Source: Cenarchaeum sp.
GTDB taxonomy: Archaea > Thermoproteota > Nitrososphaeria > Nitrososphaerales > Nitrosopumilaceae
Assembly: GCA_965212015.1 (NCBI GenBank)
Contig: OZ243037.1
Location: 1,344,001 to 1,408,000, forward strand
Direction of reading: 5' to 3'
DNA: 64,000 bases
Shown here: one piece after another, positions 40,378-49,534 of the stretch
How positions within the stretch are numbered: the first letter of the stretch is position 1
How the letters are laid out: each line of letters begins with the position of its first letter
Notes under the pieces: model-generated
What the model was told of the DNA's origin: nothing
The model's input: only the letters and a program-made list of their open reading frames with translations
Database searches by the model: none
Translations under genes and position numbers: made by a program

Positions 40378-41523
40378 CTAGACTCTTGGAATCATGCCGA
40401 GCTTTGTTCTTGCAGTTACTGCAATTATCGAAACAATTGCAACTGCCAGAATCATAGTGGCTATGGTACCAAACTCTGGAACGATGTTGGTGAATGTTAC
40501 AGTTTCTCCGATTGGTCCGGTCTTTGGATCAGCAACGCCGTATCCCTGGAATGTCACAGTGACGTCCACCGGGTCTGCCGAAACTAGTGCATCAGTTGTG
40601 TGTGTTCCGACTCCTTCGTGCTCGTGTGCTGCTGTCTTTTCAAGGACGGTTTCCCCGTTCTGCGTCACTATAACATCATAGTTTGCATGTTCGGTTTCGC
40701 CAAACTCGACTTTGATCTCCATTGTTTCTCCGGCTGTTGGTGCGGAAGCATGAATTTTGACCTTGGTGCCGTCAGATATCATACCTGCCGTGCCGTCCTC
40801 CATCATCATCATGCCGTCGTCACCCATCATCATGGTGTCGTCATCGTCACCCATCATCATGGTGTCGTCATCGTCACCCATCATCATGGCATCGTCGTCT
40901 GTCATTGCGTCGTCATCGTCACCCATCATCATGGCATCGTCGTCTGTCATTGCGTCGTCGTCGTCACCCATCATCATGGCATCGTCGTCTGTCATTGCGT
41001 CGTCGTCGTCACCCATCATCATGGCATCGTCGTCTGTCATTGCGTCGTCGTCGTCACCCATCATCATGGCATCGTCGTCTGTCATTGCGTCGTCGTCGTC
41101 ACCCATCATCATGGCATCGTCGTCTGTCATTGCGTCATCACCTGGTTCTTCAGCGGTAACAGTAACGGTTCCAACCATGTGTGGATGTACTGCACAATAG
41201 TACGGATAGTCGCCTGCTTCGTCAAACGTAACTTCGAACGTGGTTCCTGCTGAAAGCGGACCGCTCTCAATCAATTTAACAGCAGTACTGTTATCTACAG
41301 TGTGAAAAATGCTATCATCGTTGGTCCATGTTACCGTGCCGCCAACGTCAACTGTGACGTCGCTTGGAATAAAGCACTCGTTGGTTTCTTCACAACCTGG
41401 AGTATTACTACCCTCTGGCATGCTTACTGTAGCTTTTCCGTGATCTCCGTATGCTATGGGAGTAGCAGCTAGTGCTACGATAGCAAAAAGAACAAAGAAA
41501 GAGCCAATAGCTAATGTCTTCAT
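40378..41523 (-). CDS. Blue-copper (cupredoxin) PEFG-CTERM protein with Met/Asp repeat linker
   Basis: FHTV and YYCAVHPHM type-1 Cu ligands; repeat linker; HEHEG; VPEFG plus TM. Confidence 0.9.
   Translation of the reverse strand: MKTLAIGSFFVLFAIVALAATPIAYGDHGKATVSMPEGSNTPGCEETNECFIPSDVTVDVGGTVTWTNDDSIFHTVDNSTAVKLIESGPLSAGTTFEVTFDEAGDYPYYCAVHPHMVGTVTVTAEEPGDDAMTDDDAMMMGDDDDAMTDDDAMMMGDDDDAMTDDDAMMMGDDDDAMTDDDAMMMGDDDDAMTDDDAMMMGDDDDAMTDDDAMMMGDDDDTMMMGDDDDTMMMGDDGMMMMEDGTAGMISDGTKVKIHASAPTAGETMEIKVEFGETEHANYDVIVTQNGETVLEKTAAHEHEGVGTHTTDALVSADPVDVTVTFQGYGVADPKTGPIGETVTFTNIVPEFGTIATMILAVAIVSIIAVTARTKLGMIPRV
40801..41140 (-). repeat. Coding tandem repeat: 6 x 45 bp (DDDDAMTDDDAMMMG) plus 2 x 27 bp (DDDDTMMMG)
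   Basis: 45-bp units start at 40871, 40916, 40961, 41006, 41051, 41096 on the + strand. Confidence 0.95.
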
Positions 41524-41568
41524 TACATGGGTAGCATTGCGAGTAACATAAAAACCTCACTTGGATTT

Positions 41569-42420
41569 TCAGGCATTTTGGCGCCGATCCCGTCCAAATC
41601 CGCGCAATTTCAGGACGGCGAGGGCTGGAATCCCAAGGTATATCCCGGCATTGAGCAGGATTACGCCGGATCCGTATGCCAGCATTTCTGCCTCCGAATC
41701 GACGTCCACATAGTTAAGGATGCCCAGCGTCGCCAGCATCGGCGTCAGTCCCAGCTTTACGACCTCCCTAAAGACGGGGTTTTCCCTCTCGAGATCCGCC
41801 ACTATCGGGGAGAACGAATAATACACTGCATCAAACGCGCCCATAAATGCAGAGCCGGACTCTGTACCCAGGACAACATTGTCGCGAATCTCCCTTAGCT
41901 GCTGCACCTGCGGTGCAAGCTCAGAACCGTACGCCGCAGTTGCAATCAAACATCCGTTGGTCGGCTGCGCGACGCATACTCCGTCCACCATTACCTCGTT
42001 TATGTCGCACGGTACGGGCGGAACATCGCCTGCAACTATGCTAAACGAAACAGCCTCTGCGGGAATCGGCTGGAACAAGATCCCCTCAATCTCTATTGTT
42101 GCAGTATACGTTCCCTCATCAAGGACTCCTATCGGAATTGTCACCGAGCCAGTCGAGGTGTGCGTCAAGGGAATGGGGCCAAACGCGGCCTCGTCGTCCT
42201 TGTATACTGCCATGCTGTAATCTATATGCTCTTGAACATTGTTCGTCTGCGGGTTGAGAAAATCAATGTACACCTTTACCTGATCACCGGGTAAAATCCT
42301 GCCGGGGGCTGTCGAAAAATCAATATTCAGGGTACCGTCTTCTGTCGGCAACACCTGCGAATTTGTCTGTGCAAACGCAGGCGGGATCAAAAACAAAACC
42401 AGCAGCAGCAAAGCCTTCAT
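41569..42420 (-). CDS. CFI-box-CTERM surface protein
   Basis: Signal peptide MKALLLL; QEHIDY; GCLIATAAYGSELAPQVQQLREIRD...YYSFSP; terminal TM. Confidence 0.85.
   Translation of the reverse strand: MKALLLLVLFLIPPAFAQTNSQVLPTEDGTLNIDFSTAPGRILPGDQVKVYIDFLNPQTNNVQEHIDYSMAVYKDDEAAFGPIPLTHTSTGSVTIPIGVLDEGTYTATIEIEGILFQPIPAEAVSFSIVAGDVPPVPCDINEVMVDGVCVAQPTNGCLIATAAYGSELAPQVQQLREIRDNVVLGTESGSAFMGAFDAVYYSFSPIVADLERENPVFREVVKLGLTPMLATLGILNYVDVDSEAEMLAYGSGVILLNAGIYLGIPALAVLKLRGFGRDRRQNA
41881..41940 (-). repeat. 60-bp repeat, inverted copy of 47797-47856
   Basis: Reverse complement is actgcggcgtacggttctgagcttgcaccgcaggtgcagcagctaagggagattcgcgac. Confidence 0.9.
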
Positions 42421-42535
42421 GCCGTATTTTTTACCACAAACAATAAAAAACTTGCCAAATTCCAAGTTTCACGGCCGCTGCGCCCCGCCACACACTTGTA
42501 TATTTAAATAAGGAAAATCACCAAAAAAGGAACAC

Positions 42536-44230
42536 TTGCACTCAAAAATACCGATATTTTTCGCACTGCTGGGGATTGCGGCAGTACCGCTGTTGACAGG
42601 CGGCGCGTATGGACACGGCCTCGGAGGCGACGTTGCGCCGCCGATTGATTTTGAGGGCGAACAAGTCACGGTCAGCACGCAGATGAATCCCGCCGACATT
42701 ACCGTAGGCGAGGTTGATTCTGCAAACATGGCAATCCGGTTCTACAACGAGGACACCAATTCCACACTGAACAGCGTGACTTATCGCGTCGAAGTCTGGA
42801 GGAGCGATGATCTGCTTGCCAGAAACCTGTTTTACGACGACGACGGGTTTCTCAACATAGAGGTCCGGCCCGTATACGACTGTAACGAAGTCGACCTGTG
42901 GAGGTGCACCACGTATGCGGGATCCGAGCACTCCGTCTCGCCGGGGGCGCTGTACGTCTTTGGGGAGGGGCGGCCGCTCATAACGGGGCCCATCTTTGAC
43001 AAGGGCGGCCTGTACAACATCAAGGTGACCATCGAGGGCGCCACCAGCCCCAGGACCATTGTTGCCTCGCCCCTGAAATACGACACGTTCGTCAGCGTTG
43101 CGCAGGAGCAGCCGTTTTCAATCCAGACTGCCAGTGCAGAGACCCCCGTAGTGGTAAAGACGTACTATGACGAGGTCGACAATTTTGCCTATGATTCGTC
43201 TGACAACTCCATTGGATTTGACATGCCGTTTGACTGGTCGCCTGACTATATCCAGTACGTATCCGTGGTACACCAGGAGCTGCAGCTGCCAAAGTCGTTT
43301 GCCCCGTACATGGACGTGACGCAGTTCAGGGGCTTTGTGGACGGAGTCGAAGTCGAGCAGCGGGTGCTGGTGCTGGATCCGTACTCGTCAGAGGACACAA
43401 ACACCATCCACTTTCTGGTCAACGGCGAGGAGCTAAAAAGAATCAACAGTGTGCTGGGACCGCAGCACGAGCAGAGCCCGACCATGGAATTCAAGCTTGT
43501 CCCCCAGGCCGGGGTCACAAAAAACTCGCTCGGGTTCTTTCTAGTCGACGTGGAAACATTCGATGATACTGGCACCACCGTAAACATTTCGTGGGACGAA
43601 AAATATGTGGCAGGAGACGAGATTCCGTTTGAAATCAGCTTTTTTGATAAGAACAAAGAGCTGATCAAGGATGTAAGATATGCGTATTACCTGATCGATT
43701 CGGCAGAGAACATACTGCTGGAGGTCGGAACCACCAAAGACAGCTCGGGGGACCTTGGGATATCCGCATTTGAGGGAATCGACATTCAAAAGATCACGCT
43801 GCCCTCCTCTGATACGTACCGGCTGGACATCAGGGTGCTGGGAACAGGAATCAACTATGATTCCACGTACGCCGGAATCGGCTCGACGATATTCGAGATA
43901 GGATCCGACGGTTCCATTGTACCAAGAGCATTGCCTGATCCGGCACCAACCCAGACAGAGACAGTCTCCATTCCAGAGTGGGTCAAAAACAACGCCAGAT
44001 GGTGGGCGGAGGGAAGCATTGATGATGCGGCATTTGCAACAGGAATAGAGTTTATGATAAAACAGGGAATCATATCAATTCCCACAACCGAAGGCCGGCA
44101 GGGCGGCGGTGCGGAAATCCCGGAATGGGTGAGAAGCAATGCCGACTGGTGGTCGCAGGACCTGATAACTGACGAGGACTTTGCAGGCGGTCTACAATAT
44201 TTGATAGCAAACGGTATAATTACGGTTTGA
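42536..44230 (+). CDS. Thaumarchaeal secreted surface protein with IPEW..NNA.WW C-terminal domain
   Basis: AYG|HGLGGD start; duplicated IPEWVKNNARWW / IPEWVRSNADWW ending. Confidence 0.82.
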   Translation: MHSKIPIFFALLGIAAVPLLTGGAYGHGLGGDVAPPIDFEGEQVTVSTQMNPADITVGEVDSANMAIRFYNEDTNSTLNSVTYRVEVWRSDDLLARNLFYDDDGFLNIEVRPVYDCNEVDLWRCTTYAGSEHSVSPGALYVFGEGRPLITGPIFDKGGLYNIKVTIEGATSPRTIVASPLKYDTFVSVAQEQPFSIQTASAETPVVVKTYYDEVDNFAYDSSDNSIGFDMPFDWSPDYIQYVSVVHQELQLPKSFAPYMDVTQFRGFVDGVEVEQRVLVLDPYSSEDTNTIHFLVNGEELKRINSVLGPQHEQSPTMEFKLVPQAGVTKNSLGFFLVDVETFDDTGTTVNISWDEKYVAGDEIPFEISFFDKNKELIKDVRYAYYLIDSAENILLEVGTTKDSSGDLGISAFEGIDIQKITLPSSDTYRLDIRVLGTGINYDSTYAGIGSTIFEIGSDGSIVPRALPDPAPTQTETVSIPEWVKNNARWWAEGSIDDAAFATGIEFMIKQGIISIPTTEGRQGGGAEIPEWVRSNADWWSQDLITDEDFAGGLQYLIANGIITV

Positions 44231-44244
44231 GGAGGGATAACTGC

Positions 44245-44451
44245 ATGAAAGACATCAACAAAATCCTGCCAAAAATCCCAAACATGAAGTGGGGGGCGCT
44301 GATGAATACCGCGCCGACCAGCCAAAAGGTGGACGAAATGAACAAGATATTCCCGGCAAACGGCAAGTGGCATACCGTCTTTGAGGAAAAAGACCAGATA
44401 CACATAGACGGAAAGCGCGTCTGGAAAAAGGACGCAAAATCCTGGACATAA
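44245..44451 (+). CDS. Small hypothetical protein
   Basis: MKDINKILPKIPNMKWGALMN...GKWHTVF; upstream GGAGG. Confidence 0.65.
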   Translation: MKDINKILPKIPNMKWGALMNTAPTSQKVDEMNKIFPANGKWHTVFEEKDQIHIDGKRVWKKDAKSWT

Positions 44452-44719
44452 CGCGGGCTAGAATTCTTCTGGCAGTGATTCCGACCCAATTCCAGCAAAT
44501 TCAGATTTGCGGCGAAATCTACTCGTGGCCATTCGTGACCGGCAACCGGATTTCACAGTATTTAAGCACCATTAAAATTAAGTACAACTAGATGATATCT
44601 ATATGCGTGTGGAATCCCAGCTATTCAGGGTTATCTCTTGGAGATTGTGATAATGAGTTATAAAAGGCGGTTTTTAGAAAATATGATAGGAGATATCCGG
44701 CGGGGGCAAGCAACATAAA

Positions 44720-45022
44720 ATGACAAATTTAGAACGACCGAGTGAGTTGCAAAGCGGATTCATACTTGCCAAGTGCTCTAAAAGAACCCACAACGATTGC
44801 AGAAAAATACGTGACGCCATTATCGATGGATCTGATGGGTATGTTCAGGAGGCATACACTACAAACGCCGATATTGATAATGAAACGTGGTGTGTTGCAG
44901 CTTCTGCCTTGGTTCCTGAAAATAAGGCCAAAAAATTTGAAAAACACTTGCGATCTATTCATACAACAGGTAAAAAACCTGTCACGATCAAAAACCTCAA
45001 ATTTATCCTCAATAAGCAATAA
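44720..45022 (+). CDS. Hypothetical protein, possible RAM/ferredoxin-like fold
   Basis: GFILAKC...VQEAYTT...WCVAASALV beta-alpha-beta pattern; AT-rich DNA. Confidence 0.6.
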   Translation: MTNLERPSELQSGFILAKCSKRTHNDCRKIRDAIIDGSDGYVQEAYTTNADIDNETWCVAASALVPENKAKKFEKHLRSIHTTGKKPVTIKNLKFILNKQ

Positions 45023-45047
45023 ATTTATTCGGGACTAGTTTTTCTAT

Positions 45048-45992
45048 ATGATATTGCACGTTTTCATAGTTTTGGAGTCTGGTAAGGAAAAAAGAGCTCT
45101 CAAAGCGATCAAATCCATGAATCACGTCCAAATCACTGCCCATAATTCAAATGAAATTGTCGTAAAATTGGATAATCCACCACAGAACAAATCCAAACAA
45201 ACACAGATAAAAAACTCATTTACAAAAATTCCGGGTGTATTGCAAGCCAGTTTAGTACCTCCATATCTTGCTGTTAAAAATGCCAAAAGAGATGAAGCAT
45301 TCCGGACAAATAAATGTGGGATATTTTTTGACATTGATAGCACATTAACTCAAGGTGCACCCGGAACTATACATCCTAAAATAAAGAAAATCCTTCAGCA
45401 AATCCAAGATCGCGGAATATGGATTTTCTTTGCTACCGGGCGTTCAATGCCAGATGTGATTAATCTAATTACAAATTACCCTGCCGAATCCCATGCGATT
45501 GCAGAGAATGGAGGGCTCATTCTGGGATTTGGCAAAAACGGGTATATGGAATTTGGCAACAGAGATGAGCCAGACAAGGTATTAAATCATCTGAAAACCA
45601 AATATAGAATTCCTGAGGATATGCGGCAAGGAATACGATTGACTGAGGTGATATTTTTACAACGTGATGTATCCCGCAAACATCTTGATTCGGCAATCAA
45701 ACACAGTAATGCCAAGGTGGACGTTCATCCTAGTACTAACTCATATCACATCTCCCAAACTAAAATCAACAAAGGTACTGCCATGCTTAAATTGTGCGAA
45801 TTATTGCACTTTAATCGCTTTATAATTGCCGTCGGCGATGCAGACATGGATATTCCCATGTTTGAAAAGGCGGATTATAGCTTTGCAGTAGGAAACGCAT
45901 CACCAAACGCAAAAAACGCGGCAAATCAAGTTCTAGACGGAGAATTTGAAAAAGGCATCGAAGAAATCTACAACCTAATCAACCGAGTCTAG
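45048..45992 (+). CDS. HAD-IIB phosphatase (phosphoglycolate phosphatase-like) with N-terminal Lrp/AsnC ligand-binding-like domain
   Basis: FFDIDSTL, ATGRS, AENGG, INKG, GDADMD; N-terminal VFIVLESGKE...EIVVKL...KIPGV. Confidence 0.8.
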   Translation: MILHVFIVLESGKEKRALKAIKSMNHVQITAHNSNEIVVKLDNPPQNKSKQTQIKNSFTKIPGVLQASLVPPYLAVKNAKRDEAFRTNKCGIFFDIDSTLTQGAPGTIHPKIKKILQQIQDRGIWIFFATGRSMPDVINLITNYPAESHAIAENGGLILGFGKNGYMEFGNRDEPDKVLNHLKTKYRIPEDMRQGIRLTEVIFLQRDVSRKHLDSAIKHSNAKVDVHPSTNSYHISQTKINKGTAMLKLCELLHFNRFIIAVGDADMDIPMFEKADYSFAVGNASPNAKNAANQVLDGEFEKGIEEIYNLINRV

Positions 45993-46100
45993 GCGTGCGA
46001 TATCGATTTATATCCCCATATGTAGCCTCAACCAAAACCCAAGACAGGCGCCGGCCGGTACAACATTATTATACAAATCTCGAATGATCCATATCAATTC

Positions 46101-46859
46101 ATGATTCCACTACGAGACGAAAACCCGCACCCGCCGGGATTCAAGCCAAAGGTGACCATCGCCTTAATAATAGCCAACCTGGCGGTATTTATCTACGAGA
46201 TTGCAGTTACCGGGCAGTTTTGGGAGTTTACCAACTCGCGCGCCGCACTGTTGTTTTTTGAGTGGGGCGCCGTTCCAAGCTGCGTTACGGGATCGCAGTT
46301 TATCGTAACGCAGGGGATACAGATCCCGTGCCCCGCAATCCCGGAATTATCGCTGCTAAGCTCCACCTTTATGCACGGCGGGCTGATGCACCTGGGCGGC
46401 AACATGCTGTTTTTGTGGATATTCGGGGACAATATCGAGCTAAAATTCGGCAAGATAAAGTTTCTTGCAATCTATCTAGTGTGGGGGCTGGGCGCCGGAC
46501 TTGCCCACGTTTTTGTAGATCCCACAAGTGTCATTCCCGCAGTCGGCGCATCGGGTGCAGTCTCTGGCGTTCTTGGTGCGTATCTTATAATATTTCCAAA
46601 GGCCAGAATCCTGACTTTTGTGGGCTATTTCATGATGCACATTCAGGCCAGATGGTTCCTGCCGTTCTGGCTGGTCTTTCAGAATTTGCTGCCGTTTTTC
46701 GTTGGCGGTTTCGGAGTCGCAGGCGGCGGGGTCGCATACATGGCGCACATTGGCGGTTTTGCAATCGGGTTTGCAGCCGGCTTCATATACAAGAGAATGC
46801 ACAGGACCGAATCCACCTACGGCACAAGATACGGCTGGCGCGGTGACGACTATCGCTGA
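46101..46859 (+). CDS. Rhomboid intramembrane serine protease
   Basis: FMHGGLMHLGGNM, VGASGA, AHIGG. Confidence 0.95.
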   Translation: MIPLRDENPHPPGFKPKVTIALIIANLAVFIYEIAVTGQFWEFTNSRAALLFFEWGAVPSCVTGSQFIVTQGIQIPCPAIPELSLLSSTFMHGGLMHLGGNMLFLWIFGDNIELKFGKIKFLAIYLVWGLGAGLAHVFVDPTSVIPAVGASGAVSGVLGAYLIIFPKARILTFVGYFMMHIQARWFLPFWLVFQNLLPFFVGGFGVAGGGVAYMAHIGGFAIGFAAGFIYKRMHRTESTYGTRYGWRGDDYR

Positions 46860-47349
46860 CTTTATTCCTGCGACCTGCTCAAAGCTTTACTGGAAACCAA
46901 GATGAACCTGAACCTGTTCATACCGCACTGAAACCAGAATCCTACAGACCTCACTGCGACCTATTCTGCACTTGCGTACAATCCACCTGCCTGCGCGTCT
47001 TGTGCGGTATGAGGGCAGGTCCGGCTGCTGTTACCCGTTTGTTCCACCTCTAAGGAATAAATCACGCCTGATGGCCACACCGTATAATGCCAGTAATCAC
47101 GGTATCAATGTATCCCGGCAGGACACGGGAGCAAAAAAACGACTTTGCGCGGACCGTCACAGAATCGGCGGCAAAAATTCTGAAAACCAAGGAAAACCAC
47201 GTGATCGTAGTCTTTGATGAGAATCCAAAGGAAAACTGGTTTATGGCCGGAGAACAGCTGTAAGCCGATTTTTTTATTTTTTCAGTCCCCGTGCCAATCC
47301 ATAACCGCAGACATGAAAGTTTTTATGTTGTTAAAACGGAGCGGTATCG

Positions 47350-48171
47350 TTGCAAAATACGGCATTATTCACACTTTTGGCCATACTGGCTACCGCATCG
47401 GGAATCGCCGTGCCATACGCGCACGCCCAGGATTCAAGCGTGCAGATCATACCTGCAAAGGACGGCGAGTGCGGGGATGCAGAAAAATGCTTTGTGCCAG
47501 ATACTATTACAATTAACGCAGGCGATACCATAACATGGACAAACGCCGGCGATTCATCGCAGACCACCGTGACTAGCGGCAGCATAGATGACGGCCCCGA
47601 CGGAGTCATCGACTCAAAGCTGATCGCACCGGGAGAAGAGTTTTCACAGACATTTAACATTGCGGGGACGCATTCCTATTTCTCAATGATTCAGCCCTGG
47701 ATGACTGGCACCATTACAGTACAGGCGGCAGTGGCAGACGTTGACGCAACAAGCGAGCCGGCGCCATCGGCAGAGACCGGCGGCTGCCTTGTTGCGACTG
47801 CGGCGTACGGTTCTGAGCTTGCACCGCAGGTGCAGCAGCTAAGGGAGATTCGCGACGATACCCTGCTGTCGACTGAATCGGGAACGGCATTCATGCAGGG
47901 CTTTAACCAGGCCTATTACTCGTTCTCGCCGGCAGTGGCAGATCTCCAGCGGGCAAGTCCCGAATTCCGCGAGGCAGTAAAGCTCGTCATCACGCCAATG
48001 CTCTCCACACTCTCCATAATGACGCTGGCAGAGTCAGGCTCAGAATCCGACGTGCTGGCACTTGGAATCTCAGTCATTGCGCTAAATCTGGGCATGTATG
48101 TTGCGGCTCCTGCGGCGGCCGGACTTGTCATACACAGGAAACTAAGGCCAAACCCCGGCACAATACAGTAA
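47350..48171 (+). CDS. Cupredoxin-fold CFI-box-CTERM protein lacking Cu ligands
   Basis: CFVPDTITINAGDTITWTN; DSSQTTVTSG and YFSMIQPWM; GCLVATAAYGSEL. Confidence 0.85.
   Translation: MQNTALFTLLAILATASGIAVPYAHAQDSSVQIIPAKDGECGDAEKCFVPDTITINAGDTITWTNAGDSSQTTVTSGSIDDGPDGVIDSKLIAPGEEFSQTFNIAGTHSYFSMIQPWMTGTITVQAAVADVDATSEPAPSAETGGCLVATAAYGSELAPQVQQLREIRDDTLLSTESGTAFMQGFNQAYYSFSPAVADLQRASPEFREAVKLVITPMLSTLSIMTLAESGSESDVLALGISVIALNLGMYVAAPAAAGLVIHRKLRPNPGTIQ
47797..47856 (+). repeat. 60-bp repeat, inverted copy of 41881-41940
   Basis: Exact match by eye over 60 nt; flanks diverge. Confidence 0.9.
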
Positions 48172-48205
48172 CACTCTTTTATTTTGCACGTTCATTGAAT
48201 TTTTG

Positions 48206-49015
48206 ATGGTAAAGGCAGCAATCGTGCAGCTCCGGGCGTCGACTAGCAAAAAAGACAATCTGGAAAAAATACTGAAATACGTCTCGCAGGCTGCGAAAAA
48301 AAACGCAAAGCTAGTAGCGTTTCCGGAATTCATGATGTTTTACACGCCGCAGTCGCAGACGCCGTCGCAGCTGGCGCGCCAGGCAGAATCAATCGACGGC
48401 GGGTTTGTGCGCGCCATAAGGGAATCCGCAAGGGAGAACTCTATAGAGATAGTGGGGACGTTCTATGAGACCAGTGCAAAAAAAAACAGGGTCCATGACA
48501 CGTCGTTTCTAATCGACAGGTCCGGCAGGGTGGTATCCAGGTACAGGAAAATACACCTGTATGACGCGCTGGGATTTCGCGAATCCGACAAGATGGTCCC
48601 CGGTTCGGGGATTTCCAGGCCGGCAGGAACGCAGATTGGAAGGCTCGGCATGCTGATATGCTACGACCTGAGGTTCCCCGAGGTATCGCGCACGCTGGCA
48701 TCATCCGGCTCTGAAATCATAGCAGCTCCGTCTGCCTGGGTCCGGGGAAAATCAAAAGAGGAGCACTGGATAAGCATGAACAAGGCGCGCGCCATTGAAA
48801 ACGGGTGCTATGTGATATCGCCTGACCAGGTAGGACATGCCTACTGCGGGCGGAGCGTAATTGTGGATCCGTACGGCAAAATCCTGCTTGACATGAAGAA
48901 AAGAGAGGCAATGGGGACTGCCGACATTGATCTCGAGGTGGTCAGGCAGACGCGCAGGGCCCTGCCGCTGCTCAAAAACAGGAGGCTTGACATATATCCG
49001 GGCTTTAGGATTTGA
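48206..49015 (+). CDS. Carbon-nitrogen hydrolase (Nit1-like)
   Basis: E-K-C triad: FPEF, YRKIHLYD, ICYDLRFPE; RAIEN. Confidence 0.92.
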   Translation: MVKAAIVQLRASTSKKDNLEKILKYVSQAAKKNAKLVAFPEFMMFYTPQSQTPSQLARQAESIDGGFVRAIRESARENSIEIVGTFYETSAKKNRVHDTSFLIDRSGRVVSRYRKIHLYDALGFRESDKMVPGSGISRPAGTQIGRLGMLICYDLRFPEVSRTLASSGSEIIAAPSAWVRGKSKEEHWISMNKARAIENGCYVISPDQVGHAYCGRSVIVDPYGKILLDMKKREAMGTADIDLEVVRQTRRALPLLKNRRLDIYPGFRI

Positions 49016-49472
49016 CCTTTCTGGTCTTGCAGTTGTGGTTTGAGCACTGGTGCGTCCATTTCTGCTTTCTGGAATACCGGAAAATCACCACGGGCCACCT
49101 GCAGCTCTCGCACGTCCTCTTGAGCGCCCGGAGCTTTGCCCTTTGCAGGAGGGGAGCCGAGGCCTTGCAGCCGCTGTAATAGTTCGAGCACCCCATGAAG
49201 CGCTTTCGGGTCTTTTTGGATCTTATCACCATCAGCTGCCCTATGCCGCATTCCGGGCACGGCGCAAGCCCGTTTTTCGGCTCGTTTGTCCCCAGAATCA
49301 CGTATTTTTTTTTGGACGGCGACCACGAGAGAAACCCGTTGACATCAAAGTACTGCCTGATCTCTTTTTTGAACGTGTCGATTCTTTTCTGGCTGGTCCT
49401 TATGGTGTGGCGGCACTTTGTAATGTCGCGGTTGGCCCGGACGGGCTTTTGCAGGGCCTGTTTTTGTTTCAT
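49005..49472 (-). CDS. Stand-alone topoisomerase I C4 zinc-ribbon protein
   Basis: CPECG, RFMGCSNY..C, CESC, CSNHNC. Confidence 0.8.
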   Translation of the reverse strand: MKQKQALQKPVRANRDITKCRHTIRTSQKRIDTFKKEIRQYFDVNGFLSWSPSKKKYVILGTNEPKNGLAPCPECGIGQLMVIRSKKTRKRFMGCSNYYSGCKASAPLLQRAKLRALKRTCESCRWPVVIFRYSRKQKWTHQCSNHNCKTRKVKS

Positions 49473-49534
49473 ATTTTGATTTGCAACACTTGTTATTAAA
49501 ACAATTTTTATAGGGACATTGGTCAGCAAGTTTT

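Noticed and set aside
40801-41140. Possible CRISPR array
   Set aside because: Units are contiguous with no unique spacers, and they are in-frame coding repeats
40600-41253. His/Cys-rich and Ser-rich ORFs on the + strand
   Set aside because: Antisense shadows of the Met/Asp repeat; the - strand gene has signal peptide, Cu ligands and PEFG anchor
46860-47349. Short ORFs in the gap after the rhomboid gene
   Set aside because: No recognisable motifs or convincing start context
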